This document shows, piece by piece, positions 13,701-25,480 of a stretch of 64,000 bases of DNA. How positions within the stretch are numbered: position 1 is the stretch's first letter; every line of letters begins with the position of its first letter. The DNA lies in NCBI RefSeq assembly GCF_009834535.1, contig NC_045697.1, positions 106,146,001 to 106,210,000 of the forward strand. Direction: 5' to 3'. Source of the stretch: Camelus ferus. Its lineage: Eukaryota. The notes below the pieces were generated by a model, which saw only the letters and a list, made by a program, of their open reading frames with translations, was not told the origin of the DNA and did not search any database. Made by a program: the position numbers and the translations under genes.

Positions 13701-14089
13701 GGTAATTATTTTAATTAATTTCTGATTTAGCTCTCCAATTCTTTAACTGAAAAAAAAATTTATGTGAAAGGAAGCATGCTGTACGCAGTCATGCTCACTT
13801 AAGTTGTACCATTGTGAGCTCTGTATATCAGTGTACACTGGTCATCTCCATTTCTCTTCATGGCTTACTCTGAGTATGAGTGAATATAAGCAAAGTGCTT
13901 ATAAGCACAATTGCCTATAAAACAGAAAGCTCTCCATAAATGCTAATTGCTGCCCTTTTAGAGAGATTATATAAAAAGCCTGGGATTAATGGAGAAAAAC
14001 ACACTTGTTTTTAGGGAAAGGTATATATAAATAAACACACATATGTGTACATTTCTCCAAGATATTTACTAATTTGATGAAATATGATT

Positions 14090-14602
14090 GCAGACTCTGG
14101 ACTGGCTACCAAAACATAGTAGCGACACCTTTATTGCTTATCTCTTTAACTTTACAGTCTGAATACCTCTGCTACTCAACTCTCTGGCCTCCAATGTAGC
14201 TCATGATGCTATGAAATGTTATTATGATCCGTGAGAGTTGGTGAGAGTCCCAGAGCTTCTCATGCCATAAAGAGGCAAAGTGTCACTGGGACACAAGGGA
14301 TAGGGTTTTGTTTGTTTGTTTTTAGGGTTTGGTTTTTTTTTTCTTTACTCCTTCCTCCCTCTTTCTGCCTAGAACTCAGATCTGTGGTCTAATGATACAT
14401 GAGCTATCAAGGCCTTAAGGGAAGAAGCTTGAAGACAGTCTTAGAGTTTAAAGACAGAAGAATGGGAAATAGAGAAAAATCCCCAAATCTCTTATGGTAC
14501 CACGGAGCTGCTGTACTCTCTAGATTGTTACATGTGAAAAAGAATTTTTTGAAAGCTATTTCTTGTCTGTTTTCTGCTCTTTTCAACCACATGCATTCCT
14601 GA
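14090..14602 (+). mobile_element. Old MaLR (MLT1J/K-like) LTR remnant
   Basis: ttcctccctctttctgcctagaactcagat..gagctatc and a terminal ttcaaccacatgcattcctga resemble old MLT1 LTRs. Confidence 0.4.
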
Positions 14603-14699
14603 TGGAGCTAGAAATCAAAATCTTACAAGAATTTTTCTGAAAACATGATGCTTTCATTTTAAATTCCATTTTTGATAATTTGTTGTGGAGAACATGTCG

Positions 14700-14950
14700 A
14701 AGAATATTAAAAAAAAAATGAGGAGGAATACATGCTACCAGCCCTTCTCTATACTAAAATACATTTGAAGCAAAAATAGCTAAATTAGTATATCATTGGG
14801 TGACAAATAAATGATAGATCAAGGGAGAAATATTAAAGTCTAATAAATATCTAAAAGTACAATACTTAATAAATCAGGCATGACCAAATGATGGAGAAGG
14901 AAAAAGAACTCAATAATTTTTAAAAAATTCATCAGTTTGGAAACAATGAG
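14700..14950 (+). mobile_element. Old L1 ORF2 fragment
   Basis: gaggaggaatacatgctacc..aagcaaaaatagctaaattagtatatcattgg..atagatcaaggga resembles the degenerate GG..LP..W.W region of ORF2. Confidence 0.45.
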
Positions 14951-15447
14951 ACTTGTCCACATATTTTCCCAGCTAAAGCCTTAAGACGAATCATGCGGTG
15001 GACCAAGTCCACTGAGGGGAACACACACATCCTGTTCTGTGCTGTTTGCTGCACACTTTGCTCTGGCACTTTTCACATACATTAGAAGTGTTGACTTGCT
15101 TGGCTTTTAACACCAACTCCTAAAATAGTAGCTGTGGGCTCAATAAATGTACAATAAATAATGAATATCTCTTTAGATGATTCTGGATGTCCAAAATTTA
15201 TGTGAATACCCCCTCAGAAACCTCATAACCAGTACTGAGCATACGAGGATGTAACTTCTGAAAAAGATAATACGAGGAGAGTGTTGTAAATATCTTAAGG
15301 TGGATGAAAATAAAATATTCAGGTGAATTCACAGTATTCAAATAAAATCAAGGAAGACAGAGGGAAACTTTTATGTTTTCGTCAAATACGTGAATGAATA
15401 CAATTTTAAAATTTGTATATATTACTTAGAATAGTGTTTTTATCTTT

Positions 15448-15590
15448 CAGTGGGTGATGGCCCACTTTGGGTATCCAAACCCTATCAATAAATACTCCTA
15501 TATCGATAGATAACAATTTTGTACACAATTTCAGGAGATTAAAGGATTCCCCTGAAGTTTGGCCATGAATATATAGTTAAGGACCTTTGA
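15448..15590. mobile_element. hAT-Charlie family MITE remnant
   Basis: aattttgtacacaatttcaggagattaaaggattcccctgaag..gttaaggacctttg resembles a hAT-Charlie terminus. Confidence 0.5.
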
Positions 15591-18500
15591 TCCAGATATT
15601 TGTAGCTAAGCTTCTATCAATGTTTATGTAATAAATAATCTGACTGTGTCTACATATAGGCTAGCAAACATCTTATAGAAATATTTTTTAATAGGACAGG
15701 AACAATGTTGCAGATCATGATATAGTGAATTTATGTTTTAAAATTCAGATGTTAAATATGACATTTCAATGGTAACTTGAGAGGAATGAAACTATTTCTA
15801 AATGATTACTTTACAACACTGTTAAAATGACAACTTTCCAACGATTATGTCATAAAAACTTAGCATAATTTAGAGGTTTCTTCTGTAAGAGTTGATAGTT
15901 TCCAGGATATTGAAAGCATTTTGTTCACAGCAATTTTGGTTGAACATTAATTATGCTTTAATGTAAAACTATAAATGTTCAATTAGATTTTGTAGAAATG
16001 GACTTAACAAAACACTTCTAAGGAAGGGGAGGTTGATGTATTGAAAAAATTTTTAATTTTTCATGAGGACTGTATAGACAGCTTGGGCTGAATGATAATC
16101 TGTTTTTTGTTGCTACTGTTATTATTATTGACAAACACACATATCCAGGTGCAGAAAGTATTTTAAAAATCTTTGAAATTCAGGACTCACTTGGGGAATG
16201 TTATTATGGCACAAACCAATATTCAGGTCCTTGGGTTCTTCTCCCGAGAGCTTTCACTTTTCTGTATTCCCTAGCCGAAAAACACTAGCTCCTATTGTGG
16301 GGTTCTAGGAAAACAATTATTCCTCATGATCTTCTACCCACACTTGTAGAAATTCAAGGCAGAAGAAGCAGAGGAGGGCACAAAATATATGAGGGAGTTT
16401 ATGGCCAGGTGTTCAACTGAAAATAAGTGTGTCTCCAAAATTAGGATGTATAGGTTACAGATAATTTTGGTGGATATGTTAGTTCTGAAAATGCTTTTAA
16501 AAATATATAACCAGTATTAAACTCTAGGCCATCATTGATTCCTTTTTCCATGAAGGCAAAGAGAAGAGAAGCTTGGCTTACAGAGGATTGAGGCAGAATG
16601 AGGGAGGAAAAAACCACGGACTCAATGACACTTCTTCATGTTCAATAAGCAAAGGTCCTCTTTTTCATGAAATAACTGTATGGCGATCAGCACACCATAA
16701 ATAAAATTTAGAAATTGTCTAATAATGCTTTAATCAACATGTAGAACTATGTGGTTATGGCATATTTCTTAGGTACTTATTAGGAACTTTGTATACTTGG
16801 AGTATCCCAGGTCATGCAGTTCTTTTAAATAATCATGCCTTCATTTGCATGTTGCTTCACAATGTACGACACATTTTAGCAAACATGGTTCTATTAAAAG
16901 GTTTTAACTTTTGAGTAGTTCACTCCATTTATAAATGAGGAAACCTAGCCTTTTCAATGACCTATACCTAAAATGGCCAAGCCACGATGCTAATCAAGGT
17001 CTTTCAGCCTTATCTCATGTTATTTCCATTTTGACACACTTACTTGCATTTCATTATACATAAAATGCATTGGTTTTTACATTTTTCATTATGAAATAAT
17101 TTAGCATGATCCTCTGATGCCATTCTTATTTGAAACTTCATCCAAAAATGTATCCTGTATAAGCATTTTTAAGTGAATGGAATATTTTGATTATCTTTTG
17201 ATTTTTGAGACTGAATTTAGTTGGTGTTCAATTCTCCTAAAGAGAGATATTTATAGATCAAAACTACCTTTCCAGACTGCTGGTTTCTTTCCAAACAAAA
17301 TTTCTTTTTACGTTTTTTCCCTCTGGCACCAGTTTCTGCATGTAACAGCAGGAATACAAATTATGTCCACAGTACTTACATAGTTGGCAGAAGCATTTTC
17401 TCTTCTGCTATAAATTTATCAAACACTTTTCAAAACAGTAAATCCCTAAAAACAAGGGCTGAATTCCAAATAGGATCATCACAGTTATGCCATTTACAAT
17501 GTTTTAGTTAAGAGGATCTTCAATCATCTATTGTAAAGATCCTAAGTTTGAGAGCAGTAACAATTTGCTATGGGTCTGAACTGGCAGACTAATTTTCAGC
17601 TTCAGCAACTCTATTTTTCCTCCTGGAACTTCAGGCCAGTTTTGCACTATGGGAAATGCACTGCTAATTAGTGATGAGTTCCTGCTTGAGTCTTTTCATT
17701 CAACCTACAAATGTGCATGCCACCGCAGACAGTAGCATCATCCTCAAATCGGGAGCATAATGGGGCAGATGGAGGAGAAAGGAAGAGCTTCCTGGAGTCA
17801 GAAGACAAAATTGAGCACGTACGACATCATTTATAATGTCCTTCATGTGCACATTCAATTAGAGGTAAAATATTGATTAGGTAGTTGATGTCACAGATAA
17901 TACATTATGGAAAAGTAATTAAACACTTTCAATTTTTCATTTTTTAAATATTCACAACACTAGAGCAGAATTAAAGATGAGTTAGTTAGGAAGCAAATGG
18001 TGCTGATGAAGAAGAGAAAGGAGTTGAGTATGGACAAACAACCAAATGAGTATTTGTTTAATCATCAAGGATTCAGCAATCATTTTATTAAGTTTTAAGC
18101 AAAACAGATATAAAGGTGAACACAGAGAGTGAGATAAAGTTCCTTCCCCCAAAGGGCTCTCATCCCTTAAGAGCAGTCAACAGACGTGCATCCTGTGAAT
18201 CAACTTGCATCACTGCTTAAATTAACTCATGTATTTATCTGTAGTTATGGAGATATAACTGAGTATGCTGGGGCAACACCAGCTGCCAAATCTCTATTGA
18301 TCAATCTACACAAAAAACTTATTAGTACAGTAGTGCAAATGACCACCATCAAAGCATGGATTTATTAAGGTCTTTCCAGATTCCGAGTAGTTGACATTTG
18401 TCCTCTGTTTCTAAACTGTGCTTGGAAATATCAACCAGATGGAAACTCAGAGAAGACTTTCTGGGCTCTTGACTGTTTAGCAAATGAAAAGATACCCTGA

Positions 18501-19589
18501 AAGCTCAAACACAAGTTTGAATAACCATTTCTAAAAACACTGAAATACACAAGAGGTGGAGATGTGATGAAAAGTTCCAATTTCTGAATACAGAGGTAGA
18601 CGAGAATATAAGAATGCACAGAGAGAAGGTGGTGTTTATTTCTTAGGGTACAAAATCAAGTCTGGCAGCTGGTGAAAGCTCAAGGAAAAAAAAAATCAAA
18701 TCAGATTTGGAAAGAAAACCAGTACAGCTAGCAACGATACATAGGAAAGTGTTTGAAACACATAAGAGAAATAAAAGAATATAGTCGCCAAGGGTGAGGA
18801 GAAAGAACAGTACAGAAAATATGTACACAAATATAGAGCTTTTCAGATTTTTATGGGAAAACATGAATTAACCAGGAAACAGCAGCATGTGCGTCTGTAG
18901 AGAAAGTGGAGAAATGTATTTAACAGAGAGATACAGATATCACTCTGTATTTTAGTAGCAGAATAATCGGAATAATCTAACAAATTCAAATTCTTTGCTA
19001 ATGTTTCCCATTATGCTAGAAGAAATCATTCGGGTTACATAAATATAATCCACCCTGAGACAGAAAAGTATGTTTGGGAATAAAATGATACTTCATTCAT
19101 TTAGGGATCTCTGTCTGACAAATCTGCATGTTCAGAAGAGAAAGAACACTGGGCTGTAACAGAAAAGGAGGAGGAGGCATGGGAGGAGAAGGTGGCTTCT
19201 ATGCAGCCAAAATATACCGCAAGATTGCGTGAAGTCATTGCATACGCAACAGGTTCCAGCACAGTGCCTGACCTATTCATAGATTAGTGAATTAGTCAGA
19301 AAGGAACTTCCAGGGCCCTCAGTTCTACAGCCACTTAGCTTTATGTTAAATACTCTTCTAGCTTTGCCATCTGACTTCTCAGCCCATGAGAGATTAGAGA
19401 TGCAGATAAATAACCTGAGAAGAAGAATAGCTGACCTTCAGACACTGAAGGAGGGGATAGGAAATAAAACTCGAAAAAGCCTCAGGAAAACTCAAAATCA
19501 GCCACTTAATGGTGGAATATGCCCCTGAAACAACTGGAGAAAATGGCGAGCAAGACAGAAATCATCACCTTACAACCACAGACTTATTT

Positions 19590-20340
19590 TTAGTCATCCA
19601 TTCTTTCAATAGAATATTCATTTTGAATAAAGAAAATATTTGCTTACTCACTTTCAGTGTTTCTCAACCCTTCCTTTTTTTTGTTCCTTAAAAAAATCTT
19701 TTTAGACATTTATTTTTTCTGAACCACCACCGCCAACCTTTGCCATGGAAATGTAATACCACCGATATATTATTTATATTTTTACGTACTGTGGACTTTA
19801 GGAGGATCTCAAATCACTGTAATATCTAAAATTTTTTCACCCCTCAAGAACCAAGCTTTGCCCACTTGAAGGCGATATCAGACCCACCGAAAATGTATGC
19901 TCTACCCTAAGCCATGCACTGTACAATCACTGAAGTGTTTAATGGTGAGCAAAACAGACTAGGTCTCTGCCCCTGTGGAACTTCCTATCTAGAGAAGGAG
20001 ACAATTAATACAAGCTTAGTGTAGTGACACAAGCTAGTGGACAATTCTCAGCCTGTATTAGTGGTCAAGGAAGTAAGAAAGGGCTTCTTTGAGAAAGTGA
20101 TACTTAAATTGAGATCTGAAGGATGGGTAGGATGATTTAGGAAAGAAGAGAAGGGGAAACAGTCAAAGTAGCAATAACAGCATGTACAAAGGTCCTGTGG
20201 CAGAAGAAGACCAACATGGGTAGAGCAATGAGAACATCAGAGAGCACAATGTACAACGAGTCTCCATTCTGAGACCAAGGTGAAAAAAATGAATGGCTTT
20301 ATTTAAGCAGAAGCAGAGTCTGTGACATGATCAGATTCAC
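19590..20340 (-). mobile_element. L2, interrupted by a MITE
   Basis: tcatccattctttcaat start, ggtgagcaaaacagac..ctgcccctgtggaactt, and gggcttctttgagaaagtgatacttaaattgagatctgaaggatg. Confidence 0.7.
19655..19899 (+). mobile_element. hAT-Charlie family MITE
   Basis: Begins cagtgtttctcaaccc, ends gaaaatgtatg, and contains ggcgatatc and cccctcaagaaccaa motifs. It splits the L2. Confidence 0.7.
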
Positions 20341-21110
20341 AATAAACACACACACATACACATACAAACTGAATTATGTTCAAAGTATCCTGTTTACGAA
20401 TGCTTGGAATTATGGAAGCTGTAAAATTTTTCCATATTTTCCATTAAGATGACTAGGTTTTAAAAATGGATGCTTCTGTGGTAGATTTCAGTTATTTAAA
20501 AAATTAGATTCCGTGAAAGAGTTAATTTTCAACTATGCTAGAAAAAGCAGGTATTTTTCTGTTTAGAATTGGACCAACTCATTGTGACATATGGAGTAAT
20601 AAAGAAAATGAATAATGAATGTATGCAACAGATGATTATTATCTTCAAAGTATGACAAGTAGACGGGTTACAAAATAATTGATGAAGAAAAAATGCTGAT
20701 AAGACATGCCATCCTAAAACTCTAAGAGCCTCTCGAGAACGGACACACTATGCTGTCCATACTCAAATAAACAACAGAACTGCTTCTTTTGCCTTTGAAT
20801 GAAATTGTTTCCTATCATTTAAGAAATTCCCGTTAGGAACCAGCGATTTTAACAAATGACCTCAGCAGTCACTCAGCTCCTGTTCATTGGTACTATAACA
20901 ACAGGAGGTGAGTCTCAAAGAACTTTGTTTAAATTGTTTTAGGTTTAAGGTTCTGTTTAGTTCCAAATACATCTTTGATTACTATCTGGTAAGGCAGTGT
21001 GTTTGTGTTTGTGCAATAGTGTGTGCATATAATATTGTTATAAAAAAAAACATAGCCTTTGGGTCTTTTACTATATTTTAATTTATTTTTCATATAAAAC
21101 CGTAGTTTAA

Positions 21111-21278
21111 GGGGGGAGGGTATAGCTCAAGTGGGAGAGCGCATGTTTAGCATGCATGAGGTCCTGGGTTCAATCCTCAGTACTTCCTCTATACATACAT
21201 ACATACATACATACATACATACATAAATAAACAAACCTAAGTTATCTCCCCCCAAAATAATAAAAATAAATAAATTTT
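21111..21278 (+). mobile_element. tRNA-Ala-derived SINE (camelid Vic-1-type)
   Basis: The head gggtatagctcaagtgggagagcgcatgtttagcatgcatgaggtcctgggttcaatcctcagtac resembles tRNA-Ala(AGC), with A and B boxes. It has an aaacctaa..tctccccccaaaa tail and a degenerate TSD aaaaccgtagtttaa / aaaaaaatagcttaa. Confidence 0.9.
21192..21223. repeat. (TACA)8 microsatellite in the SINE middle A-rich tract
   Basis: Read directly from the sequence. Confidence 0.95.
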
Positions 21279-22273
21279 AAAAAAATAGCTTAAAACACAA
21301 CTGTTGTTCTTTAAGAGCAGCTTGTGCTCCAAATTGATGCTCTCAAGCCAACCAGGAGGAACATAACATGAAAGAGAGGCAGGGAGGTGTAGAAATTTAA
21401 TTTTCATGCCATTCCAGAAAAACCTCACCTTGTTCCAACCTAGCTGCTCAACACTTTGGTAAGATATGTACATACAACGTGACCTTTGACAAAATTACTT
21501 CCTGCAGTTACTTTTATTTTCCAAATGAGGTAGAGCTGCATAAAGCGATCAACGACTTTTCCCAACCCTCCTGAAGATGGCAGGAATACTGCTCTCTGCC
21601 ATTCTGGACAACAAGGATGGGCTGTCACACCAACAGAGGCCCTGAGCCCATTCCAGGGCCCTTGGCCACTATCCAGTGGGTGAGAAGCCAGATCAGAAAA
21701 TATTTACCGAGAAAATTCACAAAAGGTCAGTCAAGGTAGGGCCTCTGAGGACACTACAAATGACTCTAGGATGGGTCCAAGGAGGCATGTGTGAACTGAA
21801 ATATTGAAAGACCTGGCAGGGGTCACACTGTCGTCCCTGCCAGTCAACCCCAAGCCCAGAAACTCACGGCCCACACCAGAATGGTCTCCACTCAGACATT
21901 CTGGCACTCCTGATGGCTGCACACTGAGTCATAGGATGTGGCAAATAGTCCAGCAATTATCATCCTGGCATTGCACAAAGTAAAACTCACGGGGTCGCTT
22001 TTGTTCCGCTTTGTGAGGGCCAAACTGACAAACAACAGAACAAGAGACGGCAGGAAACTATTTTCAAGTTTCTTCACCAAATCTCTTTTTGAAGTCAATT
22101 AGAAATGTGTGTGGTGGCATAGAGTGTAACTGTTTTTTATAAGTAATAATAAAAAAGGGTAGTGTGTTAAAGAGCTTGTGAACAGGTCTAGTGCTGTTTA
22201 ATGATCTGGGATCCTGAAAATGTCCCTGTTCTTTCCTAGGGAATGGCTCTTTTCTAGGGAAAGACCCTCGGCT

Positions 22274-22431
22274 CTTTTCCTACAGAAGTAAGCATTCTTG
22301 CAGTGGAGCAGGAACACAAAGAAGGTCGGTGGGAGTAGCAAGAGCCTTTAATTGGGCTGAACTGCTGGCTGACCCGACCCACACTGCATCCTATATTAGG
22401 CTCTCCGAAAGAACCAGTTCTACAGGAAAAG
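22274..22431. repeat. Imperfect ~160-bp inverted repeat, possibly a degenerate MITE
   Basis: Paired segments: cttttcctacagaa / ttctacaggaaaag, ggtcgg / ccgacc and agcc / ggct, all centred near 22351. Confidence 0.5.
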
Positions 22432-23899
22432 GCACCCAAATGCTCACATTTGCAGCCTAGCACCCCTTGAAATCACAATTTTAACTATCACGGTTTATAG
22501 CACTCTATTTACATAGCATATTTATATAGCATAAAATGTAGCCCTAAATTATTAAAATAAGCTTTCCCTCCTGTGGGGAAGTTGTTCTACAAATACATAG
22601 CTAGCTGCTAGATATAATAGTTCCATATTATGTATGATATATGATATACAATATATAAAAATAAAATTTATACATGTAATATTTTCATTTTGTAATTTAT
22701 AAACAACTGGTTGGTGATGGGAAATTTGCATTTTTGTGGACTGGAATTCAAGACCAAGAATATTGACAGAAGCATTTACTTTGTCTATACTGTTTTTTTT
22801 AAGCAAGCAAATTGCTCATGTATCTGCCTTGAAAAGAGCTATTTTCAATTACATTTAGGCTAAGATTAGCAAAAGTGAGATTTCTATCTTAATCTAGTTA
22901 TATCTGCTGAAGAGGAAATTGTGTGGCTTTAATTGAAGGTCTCAAGGAAGATAATCTTAAAGCTGGCCAGTAATTTCTTGGCCAATGGACCAAGGACCTA
23001 TTCCCATCCCTCAACAGAGTAGACTTTATAAATTTACTTCACTCACTAGATTTTAATTTTTATACTGGAACTATGCATAACATCCTGGCAAACAAATGAG
23101 CAAAACTCTCCTTTATTGTTGTTTTAAAATTATGGAGGAAAAAGAAATAAAGAAAACTTAATTAATTATCTTAGAATGCTTTGAAAAGCTAAGAGGCATC
23201 CTCCCTGTTACCATGGATATGAGCGTCCTATTTATAATAACAGCCTTTTCAAAGAAACTGAAGCTCATTAAAATCACCAATTACAAAGTAGCACTTCTAT
23301 TGAAATGTCCCATTAAAATTACACAATTTATGCATCCTCAATAGTTCACTCTTAATAGTCTTTAGCAGCAGTTTTTCCCACAATATATATTTCATGTGTC
23401 ATTTTTAAATGATTAATATTTTAGTATATTTTTAAACAAAATACAGATTTTGTTCATTACAGTTCTGTTGGAGAAAACATAATTGCTTAACTGTTCAAAA
23501 TGTGTTTGTATTTTTACACATACTGTGGTCATGGAAAATAGGTGAAAAATCTGTCATTAAAAAGTTACTTGTAGCTAACATTTTTTGAGTGCGCACTAGG
23601 TTTCTTTTTGGTGATTTGCATGTATTAACTAATTTGTATTTTGGAATGGAAATTTACTTGGCAGCTTCAACTGAGACTGAAATAAGCCAACCACATTTTG
23701 ACTCTATAGAAACATAGAATTTATTGTTTAAATATTCCATCCAGAAAAAGAGAGAAAAAGTAAAGGGAAGTCCTGAGATGGTTTTCACTAGGTTAATATG
23801 TTTCTGGTTCACCTTAAGATTCACTTTGTCAGGTTAAAAAAAGTAGTTTACCAGGAAGTAGAATAATGAAGGTGGCTAAAAATTATTAGGTTTTTTTTT

Positions 23900-24110
23900 T
23901 TTATCAGGCAGTATGCTATGTTACCTAAATACCTTATATTATTCAACCCACCAAATATCCTTTTCAAAATTTTTATTTTGCTGATATGAAAACTGTAAGA
24001 TATGCTGAGAAAAGTAAATAACTTGTCCCAACACACGTAACCTGATAGTGATGGAGGCTGAGATTGAGCCCAGACTGCTCTATTGTTCTACTCCAGAAGC
24101 CAAGATTTCA
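23900..24110 (-). mobile_element. MIR SINE
   Basis: gctgagaaaagtaaataacttgtcccaacacac..gagattgagcccagact is the antisense MIR core. Confidence 0.65.
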
Positions 24111-24684
24111 ACTGAATTATTTTAATTTTTATTATTTTTATTTATATTTATTATTTTTATTACTGTAAATATGATTAAACTATATACCTTCTTTTATAGA
24201 TAACCTCGTATATATGTATCTTCATACATATCACATATATCTTAATACATACAAAATTTAGTTAGCACACATATATTTTTGTTTGTTCTTTAGCCTCTCT
24301 GTAATGAGTCTTGGGGAATAGCACAGGAACACAATGAAGACATGATAGTCCATGATAGTCTAAAAGTTACGTCTTTAGGCTCCATGGCAAAAAATGTAAG
24401 CCCAGATCACTCTAAGACCAAGAAATTCCTCAAGACTTAAAAATGACAAGTCTTCTGAGGTTTCCTCCTCTAGAGTGCATAAATTATGGTTTTATTTTTG
24501 ACCATTGAAAATACAACAGTGGATACCTAGAGCTTTCCCAAAGAAACCTCCCACACTAGCATTCCAACATCTTCTTTAGGTGGGTGTACACTGACTAAAT
24601 TTACAGCCATATATTGATCTGCCTTAGTGTTGGTGATAAGCAATAGTATCTCTGTAATACAGGCCCACGTCTCTATACACTTAG

Positions 24685-25480
24685 AAGTATTTACTGAGCA
24701 CCTGTGATGTGCCAGACAGTGTGCAAGGGACTATAGATGCAAAGATGAGTAAGAAATGGCTCCCACTTTAGGTATAGTTCAAAGCAGAATTTGGGAGGCA
24801 GATAAGCATAGATCTAAATTATATTGTGCTAGGTGTTTTCAACATATCTGAACAAAGAGTCATGGGCACTCAGGGGATAGAGTGATTACAGAAACATTAA
24901 TGTTTCATGCCATGGTGCCACTGGATTTAGTTAAGGTGTGTGAAGGGGATTTTCTGCATGAGGGAACCTGTGCTGAGGCAGGCCCAGGCAAAGTTAAGAA
25001 GTTCAAAGTGCCAGGGAGGTAGGTAAGCAGCGGGTGATGGGGTGGAAAGAAAGGTGTTGGGGCCAGACTATGAAGGAGCTTGAATTTCATTCTCAAAGCC
25101 ACTGCTTTCTAAAATCTTTTACTGTGCACCTATACTAAGCATGAATCCCCCAGTATACACACATTTATCTATGTACAGGCAAATTTATGTATTTCATAAA
25201 ACACACATGAAGTACAAATCTCAAAAGTACTGCATGAAAATAACATCAAATAGGGCTCCTGAGATTTTCTTCTCCCACCCCATGGATCCTTCTTTGCCTC
25301 TGCACTCCATTTTAGAAGCAACTTCTTTAGGCAATGAAAGTTCAAGAGACTGGAAAAACCCATCAGCTTTGCTTTTTTAAGAGACTAACTTAGGGAGATG
25401 TGTGGATAAAGGACTGAAGGAGATCAGATGGAGCCAACAGCAATGGTGCAGGGGAGCTGGTAGGAACCTGGGTTAAACCT
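24685..25480 (-). mobile_element. L2, interrupted by a probable hAT MITE at about 25101-25328
   Basis: tatttactgagcacctgtgatgtgccagacagtgtgc L2 end and ggggccagactatgaaggag. The inner element runs actgctttctaaaatc..ttttagaagcaact. Confidence 0.65.

Noticed and set aside
21118..21190. tRNA-Ala(AGC) gene
   Set aside because: Stem mismatches, a SINE-type tail and a TSD show that it is a SINE head.
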